From the NCBI GenBank assembly GCA_963793305.1, contig CAWBZV010000005.1, forward strand, positions 576,001 to 640,000: a DNA stretch of 64,000 nucleotides, given 5' to 3'. The position numbers and the translations under genes were made by a program. The notes under the pieces were generated by a model. It did not search any database. It had not been told where the DNA came from and was given only the letters and a program-made list of their open reading frames with translations. Source of the stretch: an uncultured Gemmatimonadales bacterium (GTDB lineage: Bacteria; Gemmatimonadota; Gemmatimonadetes; Gemmatimonadales; Gemmatimonadaceae). This document shows positions 10,598 to 23,741 of this stretch, piece after piece; the stretch's first letter is position 1; each line of letters begins with the position of its first letter.

Positions 10598-10679
10598 ATC
10601 GAGAATACGGCCCCGCTGGATGTCGGTTTATCCCAGCTCCGGGCGCAGTCGTCACCGGCTATGGTGCAATGGGCTCACC

Positions 10680-10704
10680 AATCCACAAATTAGGGTTGTG
10701 GATT
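10680..10704. promoter_or_regulatory. Inverted repeat AATCCACAA-n7-TTGTGGATT, possible operator upstream of the AraC gene
   Basis: Perfect 9-bp arms in an AT-rich intergenic region. Confidence 0.45.
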
Positions 10705-10757
10705 CCATTTTATATGACAAGTGGGGCAGCGTTGCGGCGCTGCAAGTGGAGTGATCA

Positions 10758-11684
10758 ATGTCGCGATATGAGGCCAGGCCCCGTCTCTCCCGGGGCGAGC
10801 ACTACGGTCGCGTCGTCACACATCGCGAGACGGCGGGACTGCGGCTGACCGAGCTGCATCACACGCGCGCGGAGCTCTTGCCGGAGCACACGCACGAGTG
10901 TGCGCACTTTTGGCTCCTCCTCTCGGGTGCGTTCCAAGATCACTTCGGGTCGAAGGTGCGTCCGTATCGACCGTTCTCGTTCGGCTACTACCCCGGCGAG
11001 CTCGAGCAGCAGGACGAGTTTGGCCGAGATGGCGCGCGATTCTTTACGATTGAGCTCGACGCGCACTGGGCGCAGATGGTTGCGGATCTGAACCGTCCCC
11101 TGAGCGCTGAGCCGGCCGATGTGCACGACACGCTCGCCTTTCGGGCGATGCTGCAGCTGCACAGCAGATTCCTCCACGCCCGTGACGGCGGCTATGACGT
11201 GGACTGCCTCGCCGCGGAGTCGCTGACCGCGGAGCTCATCGGCTACGCGTTCGAACCGCGCAGTCGTTCTCAGCAGCGGCAGCCGCGCTGGTTGAGTCCG
11301 GTCATGCAGTTTCTCGATGAATACTATACCCGCCCGTTCCGCATCAGCACGCTGGCGGCTTGCGCAGGCGTCCACCCGGTGCATCTGGCGCGTGTCTTCC
11401 GGGAGGTGCACCGGTGCAGTATCGCCCAATATCAGACGGCGTTGCGCATCCGACGCGCCTGTTCGTTGCTCGGCGTGTCAGATCTCACGCTGAGTCAGAT
11501 TGCGCTGCAGACGGGATTCGCCGATCAGAGCCATTTTACGCGTGCCTTCACTGCGACGACCGGTTGCCCACCTGGCGAGTTCCGGCGAACTGTTTTTCCA
11601 CGCGTTCGTGCGGACGAGCTTTCGGATTCGCTTCGGCACGTTCCGGACTACGACGATCGCGTGCGTACGAATCGGTCGGCGTAG
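10758..11684 (+). CDS. AraC-family transcriptional regulator
   Basis: Cupin HTHE; GVHPVHLARVF; IALQTGFADQSHFTRAF. Confidence 0.92.
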   Translation: MSRYEARPRLSRGEHYGRVVTHRETAGLRLTELHHTRAELLPEHTHECAHFWLLLSGAFQDHFGSKVRPYRPFSFGYYPGELEQQDEFGRDGARFFTIELDAHWAQMVADLNRPLSAEPADVHDTLAFRAMLQLHSRFLHARDGGYDVDCLAAESLTAELIGYAFEPRSRSQQRQPRWLSPVMQFLDEYYTRPFRISTLAACAGVHPVHLARVFREVHRCSIAQYQTALRIRRACSLLGVSDLTLSQIALQTGFADQSHFTRAFTATTGCPPGEFRRTVFPRVRADELSDSLRHVPDYDDRVRTNRSA

Positions 11685-11731
11685 GGGCTCAGGGCGGGCA
11701 TCGCGCGGGTGAGCGCGCCGTGACACTGCGG

Positions 11732-12178
11732 CTACTTCGCTCCGCTCGGTTGAGTCGATGCGGACGATGACGTTGATAGTCCGACGCTCAGTGCGATGGC
11801 GGCCGTCACCGCGGTGAGGATCGCGACGAGCGCAATCGTCTTGCCACTCGAAATCTTTCGCTGCTCCGTGACGGCGATGTCGGACACGGGAATGGTCACG
11901 ATTTCGCCAGTCCACGGCGCTTCCGTGCCATCGAGCAGCGTCGTGCGCATCATGGATAGGGTCACCGTCGACGTATCGACGGTGCGAAGGCGGCCCGCCA
12001 CCATTCGTACTTGCGTGCCGATCTGGTTGGCCAATGTCGTGCGCGCGTCCGGCGTGATTGTCATGCGGACCTCGTTGCCGGCTACGAGGCGCGCGCGAGG
12101 CACGTTGCCGTACTCGAAGCAGCTGGCCGTGAAGAGCACGAGCAGGAACGGCCCGTGGGGGCGAAAGCGTGAGAGCAT
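11732..12178 (-). CDS. Hypothetical lipoprotein with a C-terminal TM helix, downstream of SusD
   Basis: Lipobox TASC; hydrophobic tail. Confidence 0.65.
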   Translation of the reverse strand: MLSRFRPHGPFLLVLFTASCFEYGNVPRARLVAGNEVRMTITPDARTTLANQIGTQVRMVAGRLRTVDTSTVTLSMMRTTLLDGTEAPWTGEIVTIPVSDIAVTEQRKISSGKTIALVAILTAVTAAIALSVGLSTSSSASTQPSGAK

Positions 12179-12233
12179 CAGCGGGCGCCGCCGGCTCAGG
12201 ATCGAGCCGGCGGCCATACCAATCTCATCGGGG

Positions 12234-13833
12234 CTACCACGCCGCTGGTGACGACGAGTAGGTCAGGGTCGGGCATGCCGTCGGCTGATTGGCGTTCAGC
12301 GCGGTAGGACCGACGTTCGGTGTATTCGGGTCGGCGTTGATCGCCGTCAAACCATAGGGCAGCCGACCCGGGATGTTGCCACGCGTGACCGCTGACGAGG
12401 TGCTGGCCGGCGCGGCCGCGAGCCACGGGAAGCACGTGCGCTTATAGTCGTTGTACACCTCGGGTGTCGCGAAGAGGTCGATGTACTTCTCTTCGATAAT
12501 GTTCTGGAGCGTTGCCGCCACGGGCGGTTGCGCGGGGAACGTGCACTCGGACGAGCAGTTCTTGAGGCCGTCGAGCACATCCGCGCCGTAGGTTTCGTTC
12601 GAGCGCACTTTGTTCAACGCGGTTTGTGCGAGCCCGGCATTCCCGGTCTCGACCGCGGCCTCGGCGACGATCAACCAGGTTTCGGCGAAGGTCACGCCAG
12701 GTGAGTAGAATGACCCGTCGAAGTTGAAGAGGTTGAAGGCCGAGTTGCCTCCCCCATACGGCAACGCCGAGTTGTTCCCGGGTCGATTGCCCGTACACCC
12801 GGCGTCCGGCGCGAGCGCCGGGGCGGTGAGCACGCACGGTGCGCCGTTTCCATCGGAGAAGTAGAAGTTGAACCGCCCGTTGTCGATGTCGAGGCCACTG
12901 GCGATGCGGGCTTTCATGAGGTGGATAATTGCCGAGCCGGCGTTGATGTCCGCGCGGGCGCCCATGAACGCGAACCACCCGTTCGGGTTCAGCGCACCGT
13001 TGAAATACCAGTTCCAGTCGTCGTTTGGCGTCTGGATGCCTGCTTGTGCCTCAGTGAGCGCGAGGCCGTAGTTCGAATGCATCGACCGGTGCCATATCCA
13101 GGTAGAACCGGGCTTTCAGGGTATGCGCGACTGCGGCGTACACCGCTTTCAGCTGGCTCGCTGTCCGGCCCGTGTAAATGATCTCGGCCGTGCGGTTGAC
13201 TGAACTGGTGATCGGGCCGGAAGGGCCAATGTTCGGGCTGCCCTTCGTGACGTCGGCCGTGGCGCAATTGAGGTAGATCAGCGCACTGTCGAGCGTTGTC
13301 TCCACTTCCTTCAAGACCGTGATCTGGTCATCGTACTTGGGCGTGGGGAACGAGGTCGGATTGAACGCTTGGCTGTACGGGACGGCGCCCCAAATCGACG
13401 CGACCTCGCCGACGAGCATGGCCTCCCAGACCATCGCGATGCCCTTGAACAGCGAGTCGTGTTCGGCTTGTGCATACTGTTGGATGAGACGGGCATCGCC
13501 CGCTCCACCGCCACCTTCGTTGATCCCGGCGTAGAACGATGAATACGGACCGTCGGTACTCGTGGGTCCCACGACGTAGAGATCGTACCCCTGCTGCTGG
13601 CGCGCGACGCCAGCGGTCTGTTGCATGTACTCGCCCGTGAACCGGGCGAACTGCGAGGTGAATTGCTGTGCTTGCGCGGCCTCGAGGCCAACGTAGAGTG
13701 ACGTCGGGTCCTTGAGCTTCTGCACGGCGTTCGGGTTGTTGCCCCCGAGACTCGGGCCGGACAGGTAATCGTGGCACCCGGCAGCGCCGACAACGAGGGC
13801 AGCGCCGAGTGCGATCGCGAATGCAATGCGCAT
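12234..13833 (-). CDS. SusD/RagB-family outer-membrane lipoprotein; frameshift at ~13076
   Basis: Lipobox AAGC, NNPN, WGAVPYSQA, PKYDDQ, LKARFYL, IIEEKYI...EVYNDYKRT; two ORFs join by removing one base. Confidence 0.88.
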
Positions 13834-13849
13834 GGGAGTCGATGTCCGG

Positions 13850-16800
13850 TCAGCGGTTGAGGGAAACGGTAATGACGTAGGAGCGATCCTGGGGAATGTT
13901 GAAGTAGTCGATCCCGCGGATCGGCGACGCCGAGCCCAAAATGCTGGTCTCTGGGTCGATGCCCTTGTACGACGTCCAGGTGTGGAGGTTGCGGCCGGAC
14001 AGTCGGAGCTCGATGCTCGAGAATAACGTCACGCGTTGGATCGCCGGCATGTCGAGCGTGTAGCCAACCGAGATCTCGCGCAGTTTGGCGAACCCGGACG
14101 GCTCCACGAAGAGCGCACTCGCGCCGCTGAAGACGCCGTCCGCTCCCTGGAACCAGTTCTGGTCGAGCGTGACGGACTTACCGGCACCCGGGCCGGCCAC
14201 AGGACCGGGCATGTAGCTCGACCCGTACACGACGCTCTTACCCCGAACGAGCGTGTTGGCCAATGTCCCGAACCAATTGAGCGCGCCCTCGGTGCCATTG
14301 TAGCTACTGCCACCGTTCTGGACGTCGAGCAGCGCCGTGATCGTGAATTTTTGCAGGTGAATGCCGGTGTGTACTGCGCCGATCCAGTTGCGGTTCGGAT
14401 CGCCGATGACGTACGAGGCCAATGCGTCGACTTGCGGCAACCCACTCGCGTCGAGGTACACGGAGCCGGGCTTCGCGCCTTTGCATTGACCCGCGGTCTG
14501 GTCGAGGTTCACACCATTGAGGTTCACGTTGTGACCGCAGCGCACGACGTCGGTACCGTAATAGACGCCGACCTGTTGTCCCACGATTGCCGCGCCGGTG
14601 ATACCACCCAGCCCACCGGTGCCGCCCATATTGACGAACTGCACGCCATTCGGCAGGCTCGTCACCTGGCTCCGGTTCCGCGACCAGTTTACGCCAACGT
14701 CCCAGGACAGCAGCTTCGTCTGGATCGGGCGCAGGTTCAGCGCGACCTCGAATCCGTGATTCCAGAGATCGGCGGCGTTTTGATACTGCTGTGTGTAGTT
14801 CGTGTAGGGTGAGACCGGCACGGGAAAGATCGCTCCGTCCGTGTTCTCCCGATAATACGAGAAGCTCACGTCCCCGAAGTTTTTGAGAAACCCGATGTCG
14901 GTCCCGATCTCGAACTCCTTCTGGCGCTCGGTTGCGAGGTTCGGGTTCGGCTCGATCGGTTGCGTGACCACACCACCTTGGCCGTTGATGCTGGCCGTGT
15001 TGATCGTGGTGAAGCCGTCGCCGAAGAGCGCCGACGCGAACGTATTGGAGAGCACGTAGGGCTGTGGTTGCGTACCGCTTTCGCCATACGCCGACCGCAG
15101 TTTCACGCTCGTCAGGATGTTGTTGTTGTTCTCGCCTTGGCGAATCAGCTGCCAGGCAGCGCTCACCTTGGGGAACAAGCTGAACTGCTGATTCACGCCG
15201 AACGTCGAGGCGCCGTCATCGCGCAAGGCGCCGGTGAGCGTGAGTTGGTGGAACAGGCTCGCCTGGGCCTGGCCGAAGAACGAGGCCAGGCGGACCGCCG
15301 ACGTATACGCGAACGGTGATTGGACGAGGGAGCCGTTCGTGACCACCAATGGCGCCGGCGACGCGAGGGCATTGACCTGGGTCGCCTCGGTGTTGAACTG
15401 CTTCACGTTCTCGTTGTTGCCGACGGTGAGCGACCCATCGAAGTTGCTGGAGAACGAGTGCGTCGCGGTCGCCGTGAGGGTCTGATCGATCGACCACTGT
15501 TTCACGAAGCCTTGATTGACGAAGCCTTGCGCGATCGAAGCATTTGTTGGAACGAATCCCGCGCTTCCGGAGGCCGACCACGGCTCGGTGAACAGTCGCT
15601 CGTCGTTCGAGTAGTCCGCGCCAATGTTCTCGCTGAACTTGAGCCACGAGAGCGCCTGGTAATCGGCCGTGATGTTGCCGAACGTGCGCGCCACGTTTGA
15701 CGTGTTCTTCTCGTTGTTGGCCACGAAGAACGGATTGTCGTACACGCGCGAGATGTAGTCCGTCCCGGGCGCGGGATTTTCGAAGCGCGTCGATACGGGT
15801 TCGCCGTCCGGCGCGAGGTAGGCGGCGTTGTTGAACGTCGCCGGCGTGCGCCACGCGCCCAGGAGGAGGCTCGAGAGGCTGTTACTGCTCTCGACATACG
15901 CCCCGTTCGAACGTCGAGAACGCGATGTTCGCCGACAGGCGGAGGTCCGAGTTGACCTGATGCGCGCCGTTGAACCGGAGGGCGGTGCGGGCGTAACCAT
16001 CGTTCGGCCCGATGAGCATGCCCCGGTTGTCGTTGTATGCGCCGGACACGTAGAACGTCGTCCGCTCGTTGCCGCCGGACGCGGTGATGGCCTCGTCGTA
16101 GACGTGGCCGGTCGTGAACATGTTGTTGTAGTTGTTATAAATCGGCGTGCCGGCCTGGATGGTATCGCCCCAGGATGCGCCACGGCCGGGCGGCGCACAA
16201 TTGATGATGCCGGCGCATGAATACGTCGCGCCACCGGTGCCGAGGTTGTACAGCGTCTGGTGCGCCGGGAGGTTCCCGACATTGTCCCATGACGTCGAGC
16301 TCTTGGCCGAGTAGTGCGTTTGGCCGGCGCGGCCCCGTTTCGTCGTGATGAGAATGACGCCCTGGCCGGCCCGCGATCCGTAAATCGCGCCCGCCGAGGG
16401 ACCTTTCAGAATCTCGACGTTCTCGATGTCGTCGGGATTGATGTCGAGCGCGCGATTGGGTTGCTGCGGGCCTCCGTTGGCGGCCGCCGTCATACCGGGC
16501 GCGAAGCCCGGGGTCTGCTCGATCGAGTTGTCGACCGGGAGGCCGTCGACCACGATGAGCGGCTGACCGTCGGACGCGGTCAGGGTCGTGAGGCCACGGA
16601 GCTGGATGTACGTCGAGACGCCCGGCTGGCCGGAGCTGGACGACACTTCCACTCCAGGCGCCTTGGCGGCGAGCGCGGTGATCACATTCGACTCGTTGCT
16701 GCGTTGAATCTCGTCGGGCGCGACCGTGCTGCGCGCCGTCCCGAGTTGCTCCACCGTCTGCTGCGTGCCCTGGCCGGTGACGACCACTGTGCCCAATTGG

Positions 16801-17165
16801 AAGGGATTGAGGGCGAGTGTGAAGTTCTGGGTGATCGGACCACCGGTGAGTGTCACCGGCGCGGCGGCGCTCGTATAGCCAACCAAACGCACCGTCAGCG
16901 TGACCGCCTGTCCCGCGAGCCGAGCGGCCGGAATGACCAGAGTGTAGTGGCCGTCACCCCGGGTGGTGGCGCTCACGTTCATCGTTTGGATGAACACATT
17001 CGCGTCGGACAGGGGTATGCCGTTGTTGCTCGTCACCAGTCCGGTGATGGTGGCCGGTGCTTGAGCCGTGGCGCGATGGGGCAGCGCCAAGGCGAGCGCG
17101 GCGGCGACCGCACGCACCGTCCTCTGGGAGAGCGCCCTACTTCGCTGACTGGACATAGGTCTCAT
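13850..17165 (-). CDS. SusC/RagA-family TonB-dependent receptor; frameshift at ~15910
   Basis: Carboxypeptidase-regulatory-like N-terminus, PLIVVDG, DINPDDIENVEILKGPSAGAIYGSRA, KLREISVGY, GRNLHTWTSYKGIDPE. Confidence 0.92.
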
Positions 17166-17309
17166 GACACCTCGCGGGTGGGGGATGTCTTGGCGATCTC
17201 TCCGCGACCCAACGCTACGGACACCTACTATGGAAATAGTTGGGACAGGGAATCGCTATCACATCCGTAATGCAAAGTGGACCAAACGATGACAACCCCG
17301 CGGGCGATA

Positions 17310-17350
17310 CTCTTGAACAAACCCAACATGCGGTTGAACAAACCCAACAT
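17310..17350 (-). promoter_or_regulatory. Tandem pair of the regulon motif: 17-bp direct repeat TTGAACAAACCCAACAT with a 21-bp period, upstream of SusC
   Basis: Exact copies at 17313-17329 and 17334-17350; 17+4 spacing is typical of AraC half-sites; CATCGT 18 bp downstream. Confidence 0.75.
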
Positions 17351-17363
17351 CACGCGCGGGGCA

Positions 17364-17381
17364 GTTGTGTTCGTTCAAGAC
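17364..17381 (+). promoter_or_regulatory. 18-bp regulon motif GTTGTGTTCGTTCAAGAC
   Basis: TAGCAT 17 bp downstream. Confidence 0.7.
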
Positions 17382-17438
17382 ACCATGCTGCTCCTCCGTA
17401 GCATTCGATAGATGCAGCCCGCGTTACGGTAGAGTCCC

Positions 17439-18503
17439 GTGCATCCACTCCATCACGCGACGCTCCTCACAGGGTTGTTGGCGGGTCTCCATGCGAGCGT
17501 CTGTCCTCCGGTGCACGCGCAGTCGGTGTCGTCGATCGATGGGACGTGGGTGGGTGTACTGAGTAGCAGCCGGGATACGGCGTATACCGTCGTCTCGATT
17601 GACGAAGACAAGAATGGGACCAGACGCGTCGCGTGGAATCGCCCGATCGGCGGGCCCGATCCATTCGACAGCGGCGCGTCCGGGCGCGCCGATGCCGACT
17701 CGCTCTGGCTGCCGCTTCGAGAATCGGTCGGTTGGTTTCACCTGGCTGGCGATCGTCTGCGCGCGTCGCCGCGTCGGGCCAGTGCGGTGGAGCTCCGCCG
17801 GGTGCGCTACCTCGCCGACAGCGACGCGGTGGCGTACGGTGGTGCGTACCGGCTCACGGACGGGAGCGGAGATATCGTTGTCGCGACATTTCTCGGTCGC
17901 GTCGCGTTCTTCGACGCGAGAGATGGCCGGAGCGCACGGCTGAATCCAGACGGGCCCGACGCGTTCACGAACGGACCCGGCGCCATCGTGCACGTTCCGG
18001 TCGAAGCCCGTTGGATGTTCCGTGGCGGCGAGGCGGGCGATGTTCGCGCGCTGCGCATTCTCGCCACGAACGGTGCGGTCACCACGGCCACGCGGGACAC
18101 GTCGTATCGGAGCGAGATGGTGTCGTATCCCAGCGGCGGCCTATCGATCGCCGGGACACTCCGGACGCCGCGCGAGGGTCATCCTCGCCCGGCGATTCTC
18201 TTGATCTCGGGGTCGGGGCCGTCGACGGAGGTGCGCCAGGTGATCGCAGCACATCGCGCGTGGGCCCAACGCCTGCAGGCGGAAGGGCGTCTCGTGTCCG
18301 CGGACAAGTTGACGGATGATGACGGCCGTTCCGTTCCGGCCGCGCCGACCACTCCCGCCGTCTCCGCCACCCCGACCGCGCGCCTCGGCGGATTCTACAT
18401 CATTCGCGCCCGCGACTACGATGAGGCGGTCCACATCGCGAACGACGGTCCGACTGTCAAGTACGGCGGCCGGGTGCAGGTGCGGATGATCGACAAAGTC
18501 TGA
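17439..18503 (+). CDS. Chimera: N-terminal part of a secreted alpha/beta-hydrolase fused to a YCII/DGPF-like domain
   Basis: IAGTLRTP...PAILLISGSGP is followed directly by AWAQRLQAEG...LGGFYIIRARDYDEA...GGRVQVR; no GxSxG. Confidence 0.7.
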   Translation: MHPLHHATLLTGLLAGLHASVCPPVHAQSVSSIDGTWVGVLSSSRDTAYTVVSIDEDKNGTRRVAWNRPIGGPDPFDSGASGRADADSLWLPLRESVGWFHLAGDRLRASPRRASAVELRRVRYLADSDAVAYGGAYRLTDGSGDIVVATFLGRVAFFDARDGRSARLNPDGPDAFTNGPGAIVHVPVEARWMFRGGEAGDVRALRILATNGAVTTATRDTSYRSEMVSYPSGGLSIAGTLRTPREGHPRPAILLISGSGPSTEVRQVIAAHRAWAQRLQAEGRLVSADKLTDDDGRSVPAAPTTPAVSATPTARLGGFYIIRARDYDEAVHIANDGPTVKYGGRVQVRMIDKV

Positions 18504-18553
18504 GACCTCGCCGGGTACAATGACCGCCGATTCGCCGGCGGTGCGGCCAGCGT

Positions 18554-18571
18554 GTTGCGTTCGTTCTAGAA
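18554..18571 (+). promoter_or_regulatory. 18-bp regulon motif GTTGCGTTCGTTCTAGAA
   Basis: Upstream of the M16 peptidase operon. Confidence 0.65.
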
Positions 18572-18648
18572 ATCGCCAGCCGCATCGAATAAGTGATATG
18601 GCTGGCCAACCAGCTGGCCACCTGGGTTCTGATTCGCGAGGAGTGATC

Positions 18649-20043
18649 GTGCGTCATCTGCTGCGATTCCTGAGCGTCGTCATTCTAGCGGGTTGTGGCG
18701 CGTCAGCGGCCGGGACGAAGGCGGCGTCATCGGCCACGGCGTTCCACCTCCCGGCCCAGTATCGAACGCTCCCCAATGGCCTTCGCGTCGTCCTCTCGCC
18801 GGACCACACGGCGCCGATCGTCACCGTCGCCGTGTACTATCACATCGGGTTTCGCATCGAGCCGCGCGGCCGCACGGGGTTCGCGCACCTGTTCGAGCAT
18901 CTCATGTTCCAGGGCTCGGAGCACCTCGGCAAGTTGGCATTCATCAAGCTCGTCGAGGCGAATGGCGGCTCCCTCAACGGCTCGACGCGATTCGACTTCA
19001 CGAACTACTACGAGACGGTGCCGTCGAACACGCTCGAGACATTCCTGTGGGCCGAAGCCGATCGGATGCGATCGCTGGCGATCACGCAGGACAACCTCAC
19101 GAACCAGCAGGGGGTCGTGAAGAGCGAAGTCCGCGTCAACGTGATCAATACGCCATATGGGGGGTTCCCCTGGCTCGACATGCCCCAGTACGCGAATACC
19201 AATTGGTACAACGCACACAACTTCTATGGGGACCTGCACGATATCGACGCCGCCACACTGACGGATGCCGCCACGTTCCACCGCGCCTATTACGCGCCCA
19301 ACAACGCCGTGCTCGTCGTGTGGGGCGACCTGGACTCCGCGCAGACCTCGCGGTGGATCGACACGTACTTCGCATCCATCCCGCAAGGGCCCGCGGTATC
19401 ACGGCCCGATATCACGGAGCCGGTCCAGAACAAAGAGATCCACGCTCAGAAGACGGACTCGTTGGCGACGCGCCCGGCGCTGGCTTTTGCGTATCACATG
19501 CCGGCGCGGAACACCCCGGAGTACTTCGCGATGGGGCTCATCGACCAGATTCTGCTCCAGGGCAACGATTCGCGGCTGTATCAGGCACTCGTCCAACGAG
19601 CCGGCCTCACCGCCGACGTGACGGGCGGCATCAACCTCCTCGGCAACATGTTCGATTACGAGGGGCCAATGTTGTGGATCGCGTCGCTGTATCACGATCA
19701 GAACCACAGCGACGCCGAAATTCTGCATCTGGTCGATGCGACGATCGATTCGCTGTCGAACGTGCCCGTCGATCCCGCGACCGTGGCGCGCGCGGTGGTG
19801 AAAGCCCGCGCGCAGCTCTACGGCGCCATGACCCCCGGCTTCGGTGAGGGCGCGGCAGACATCCTGGCAAGCTACGCGCTGTTCGACAATGACCCCACCC
19901 GCGTCAATACCATCGACTCGTCCTTGAGCGCGGTCACGCCCGCCCTCATCCAACGCACCGCGCAAGAATATCTCCGAGTGACGAACCGCACCGTCCTCAG
20001 CATTCTTCCCGGGAAGACTGGCGATGCCACAGCTGTTCAGTAA
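18649..20043 (+). CDS. M16-family zinc peptidase, catalytic subunit (lipoprotein)
   Basis: GFAHLFEHLMFQGS, NGST, YYAPNNAVL; lipobox LAGC. Confidence 0.92.
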   Translation: MRHLLRFLSVVILAGCGASAAGTKAASSATAFHLPAQYRTLPNGLRVVLSPDHTAPIVTVAVYYHIGFRIEPRGRTGFAHLFEHLMFQGSEHLGKLAFIKLVEANGGSLNGSTRFDFTNYYETVPSNTLETFLWAEADRMRSLAITQDNLTNQQGVVKSEVRVNVINTPYGGFPWLDMPQYANTNWYNAHNFYGDLHDIDAATLTDAATFHRAYYAPNNAVLVVWGDLDSAQTSRWIDTYFASIPQGPAVSRPDITEPVQNKEIHAQKTDSLATRPALAFAYHMPARNTPEYFAMGLIDQILLQGNDSRLYQALVQRAGLTADVTGGINLLGNMFDYEGPMLWIASLYHDQNHSDAEILHLVDATIDSLSNVPVDPATVARAVVKARAQLYGAMTPGFGEGAADILASYALFDNDPTRVNTIDSSLSAVTPALIQRTAQEYLRVTNRTVLSILPGKTGDATAVQ

Positions 20044-21415
20044 GCGAGTGGCGCTCTGCGCCCTCTCCGCCCTCGCGACTGCGCCCGTCATCGCGCAGGT
20101 CAGTCAGGCACCGGCACCCGCCGCCCCCAAGCCTTTTGCTCTCCCTGCCAAACGCGAGCTGCTGCTCGAGAACGGGATGCACGTCACCCTCGTGCCGTAT
20201 GGCATCCTGCCGCTCGCCACAGTTTCGCTGGTCATACGGACGGGCGCGATCGATGAGGCAGCCGATCAGGTGTGGCTCTCCAAACTCATGGGAGACTTCC
20301 TGCCCCAAGGGACGACCACGCGCACGGCCGCCGCGATCGCCAACGCGGCCGCTGGCATGGGTGGAACTCTCACGGTCTCGGCCCAGGACGACGAGATCAA
20401 TGTGGGTGGTGGTGTGCTCGGGGACTCGGCCGCGGCATTCGTGAGCCTCATTGGTGATGTCGCTGAGCACCCGACCTTTCCGGACTCGGAGCTCAAACGC
20501 CTCACCGGCGATCGCCTGCGCGCACTGGCGATTGCCCGTGCGCAGCCGCACCAGCTCACCCAAGAGCAGTACGCGCCGCTCATGTATCCGGATCATCCGT
20601 ACGGCCGCGTGATGCCGGCCGCTACGGCGCTCAAGGCGTACACGACCGCCGCGGTGCGGGCGTTTTACGCCAAGAACGTTGGCGCCACCCGAGCGCACCT
20701 CTATGTCGTTGGCCGCTTCGACCCCGCTGAGGCCGAGCGCGCCGCGCGCGCGGCATTCTCCAGCTGGGCCGCTGGCCAGCCGCCGACGGTCAACGTGCCG
20801 ACCATCCGCGCCGGCAGACGGCTCGTGGTCATCGACCGCCCCCACGCGGTGCAATCGACCATCGTCCTGGGTCTCCGAGTCGCGGAGCCGAAAAACGCGG
20901 ATTGGATCCCGCTGACCGTGACCGACGCCCTCCTCGGAGGCATGTTCAGCTCACGGATCACGACCAACATTCGCGAGCGCAAAGGCTACACGTACTCGCC
21001 GTTCAGCGCGGTCGGTCCCCATTACCAGACCGCGACGTGGACGGAGGTCGCCAACGTCACGACGAACGTCACCGGTCCTGCGCTCAAAGAGATCTTCGGC
21101 GAGATCGACCGGTTGCGCCGGACCCCACCCTCGGCTGACGAGCTCAAAGGCGTCCAGAACTACCTCGCCGGCATCTCCGTCTTGATCGATGCGACGCCAT
21201 CGGGTCTCCTGTCCCAGCTCTCCTTCGTCGATCTCCAAGGTTTGGGAGACAGCTATCTCTCCGACTACGTGCGACACGTATACGCCGTGACGCCGGCCGA
21301 CGTGCAGTCCGTGGCCGTGCGGTATGTGGATCCGGCGAAAATGGCTATTGTCGTCGCCGGGGACACTGCACGCATCGCTGGCCAGCTGGCGCCGTACCGC
21401 GCAGTGGTGCAATGA
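20024..21415 (+). CDS. M16-family peptidase, non-catalytic partner subunit
   Basis: LGGMFSSRITTNIRERKGYTYS; no HxxEH. Confidence 0.9.
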   Translation: MPQLFSKRVALCALSALATAPVIAQVSQAPAPAAPKPFALPAKRELLLENGMHVTLVPYGILPLATVSLVIRTGAIDEAADQVWLSKLMGDFLPQGTTTRTAAAIANAAAGMGGTLTVSAQDDEINVGGGVLGDSAAAFVSLIGDVAEHPTFPDSELKRLTGDRLRALAIARAQPHQLTQEQYAPLMYPDHPYGRVMPAATALKAYTTAAVRAFYAKNVGATRAHLYVVGRFDPAEAERAARAAFSSWAAGQPPTVNVPTIRAGRRLVVIDRPHAVQSTIVLGLRVAEPKNADWIPLTVTDALLGGMFSSRITTNIRERKGYTYSPFSAVGPHYQTATWTEVANVTTNVTGPALKEIFGEIDRLRRTPPSADELKGVQNYLAGISVLIDATPSGLLSQLSFVDLQGLGDSYLSDYVRHVYAVTPADVQSVAVRYVDPAKMAIVVAGDTARIAGQLAPYRAVVQ

Positions 21416-21437
21416 AACGTTATCGAGGGAATGACCG

Positions 21438-23495
<2,058 letters not shown>

Positions 23496-23656
23496 TGCCC
23501 TGTCTATAGGCCGTCGCGATTTGGGGACACTGATCGTTGTCGGTCGGCCAGGGGGGCCATGTGAACTGTCGGGCCACGCATATGGTCCTTCAGTTCACCC
23601 CTGCGGCGCAGCCCACGGCATGCGCGGTAGCCGGCATGACGCGGGGCTGAAACGCG

Positions 23657-23719
23657 GGCCCAGCGCTGGAGTGTCCCATTCTCTCCCTACTCTACCCAAG
23701 CGTGCTCCAGCACTGGGCC
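23657..23719. repeat. 15-bp inverted repeat (one mismatch, 33-nt spacer) between convergent genes; possible terminator or stabilising hairpin
   Basis: GGCCCAGCGCTGGAG / CTCCAGCACTGGGCC. Confidence 0.45.
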
Positions 23720-23741
23720 GTGTTATGCGCGCTCGCCCGAT

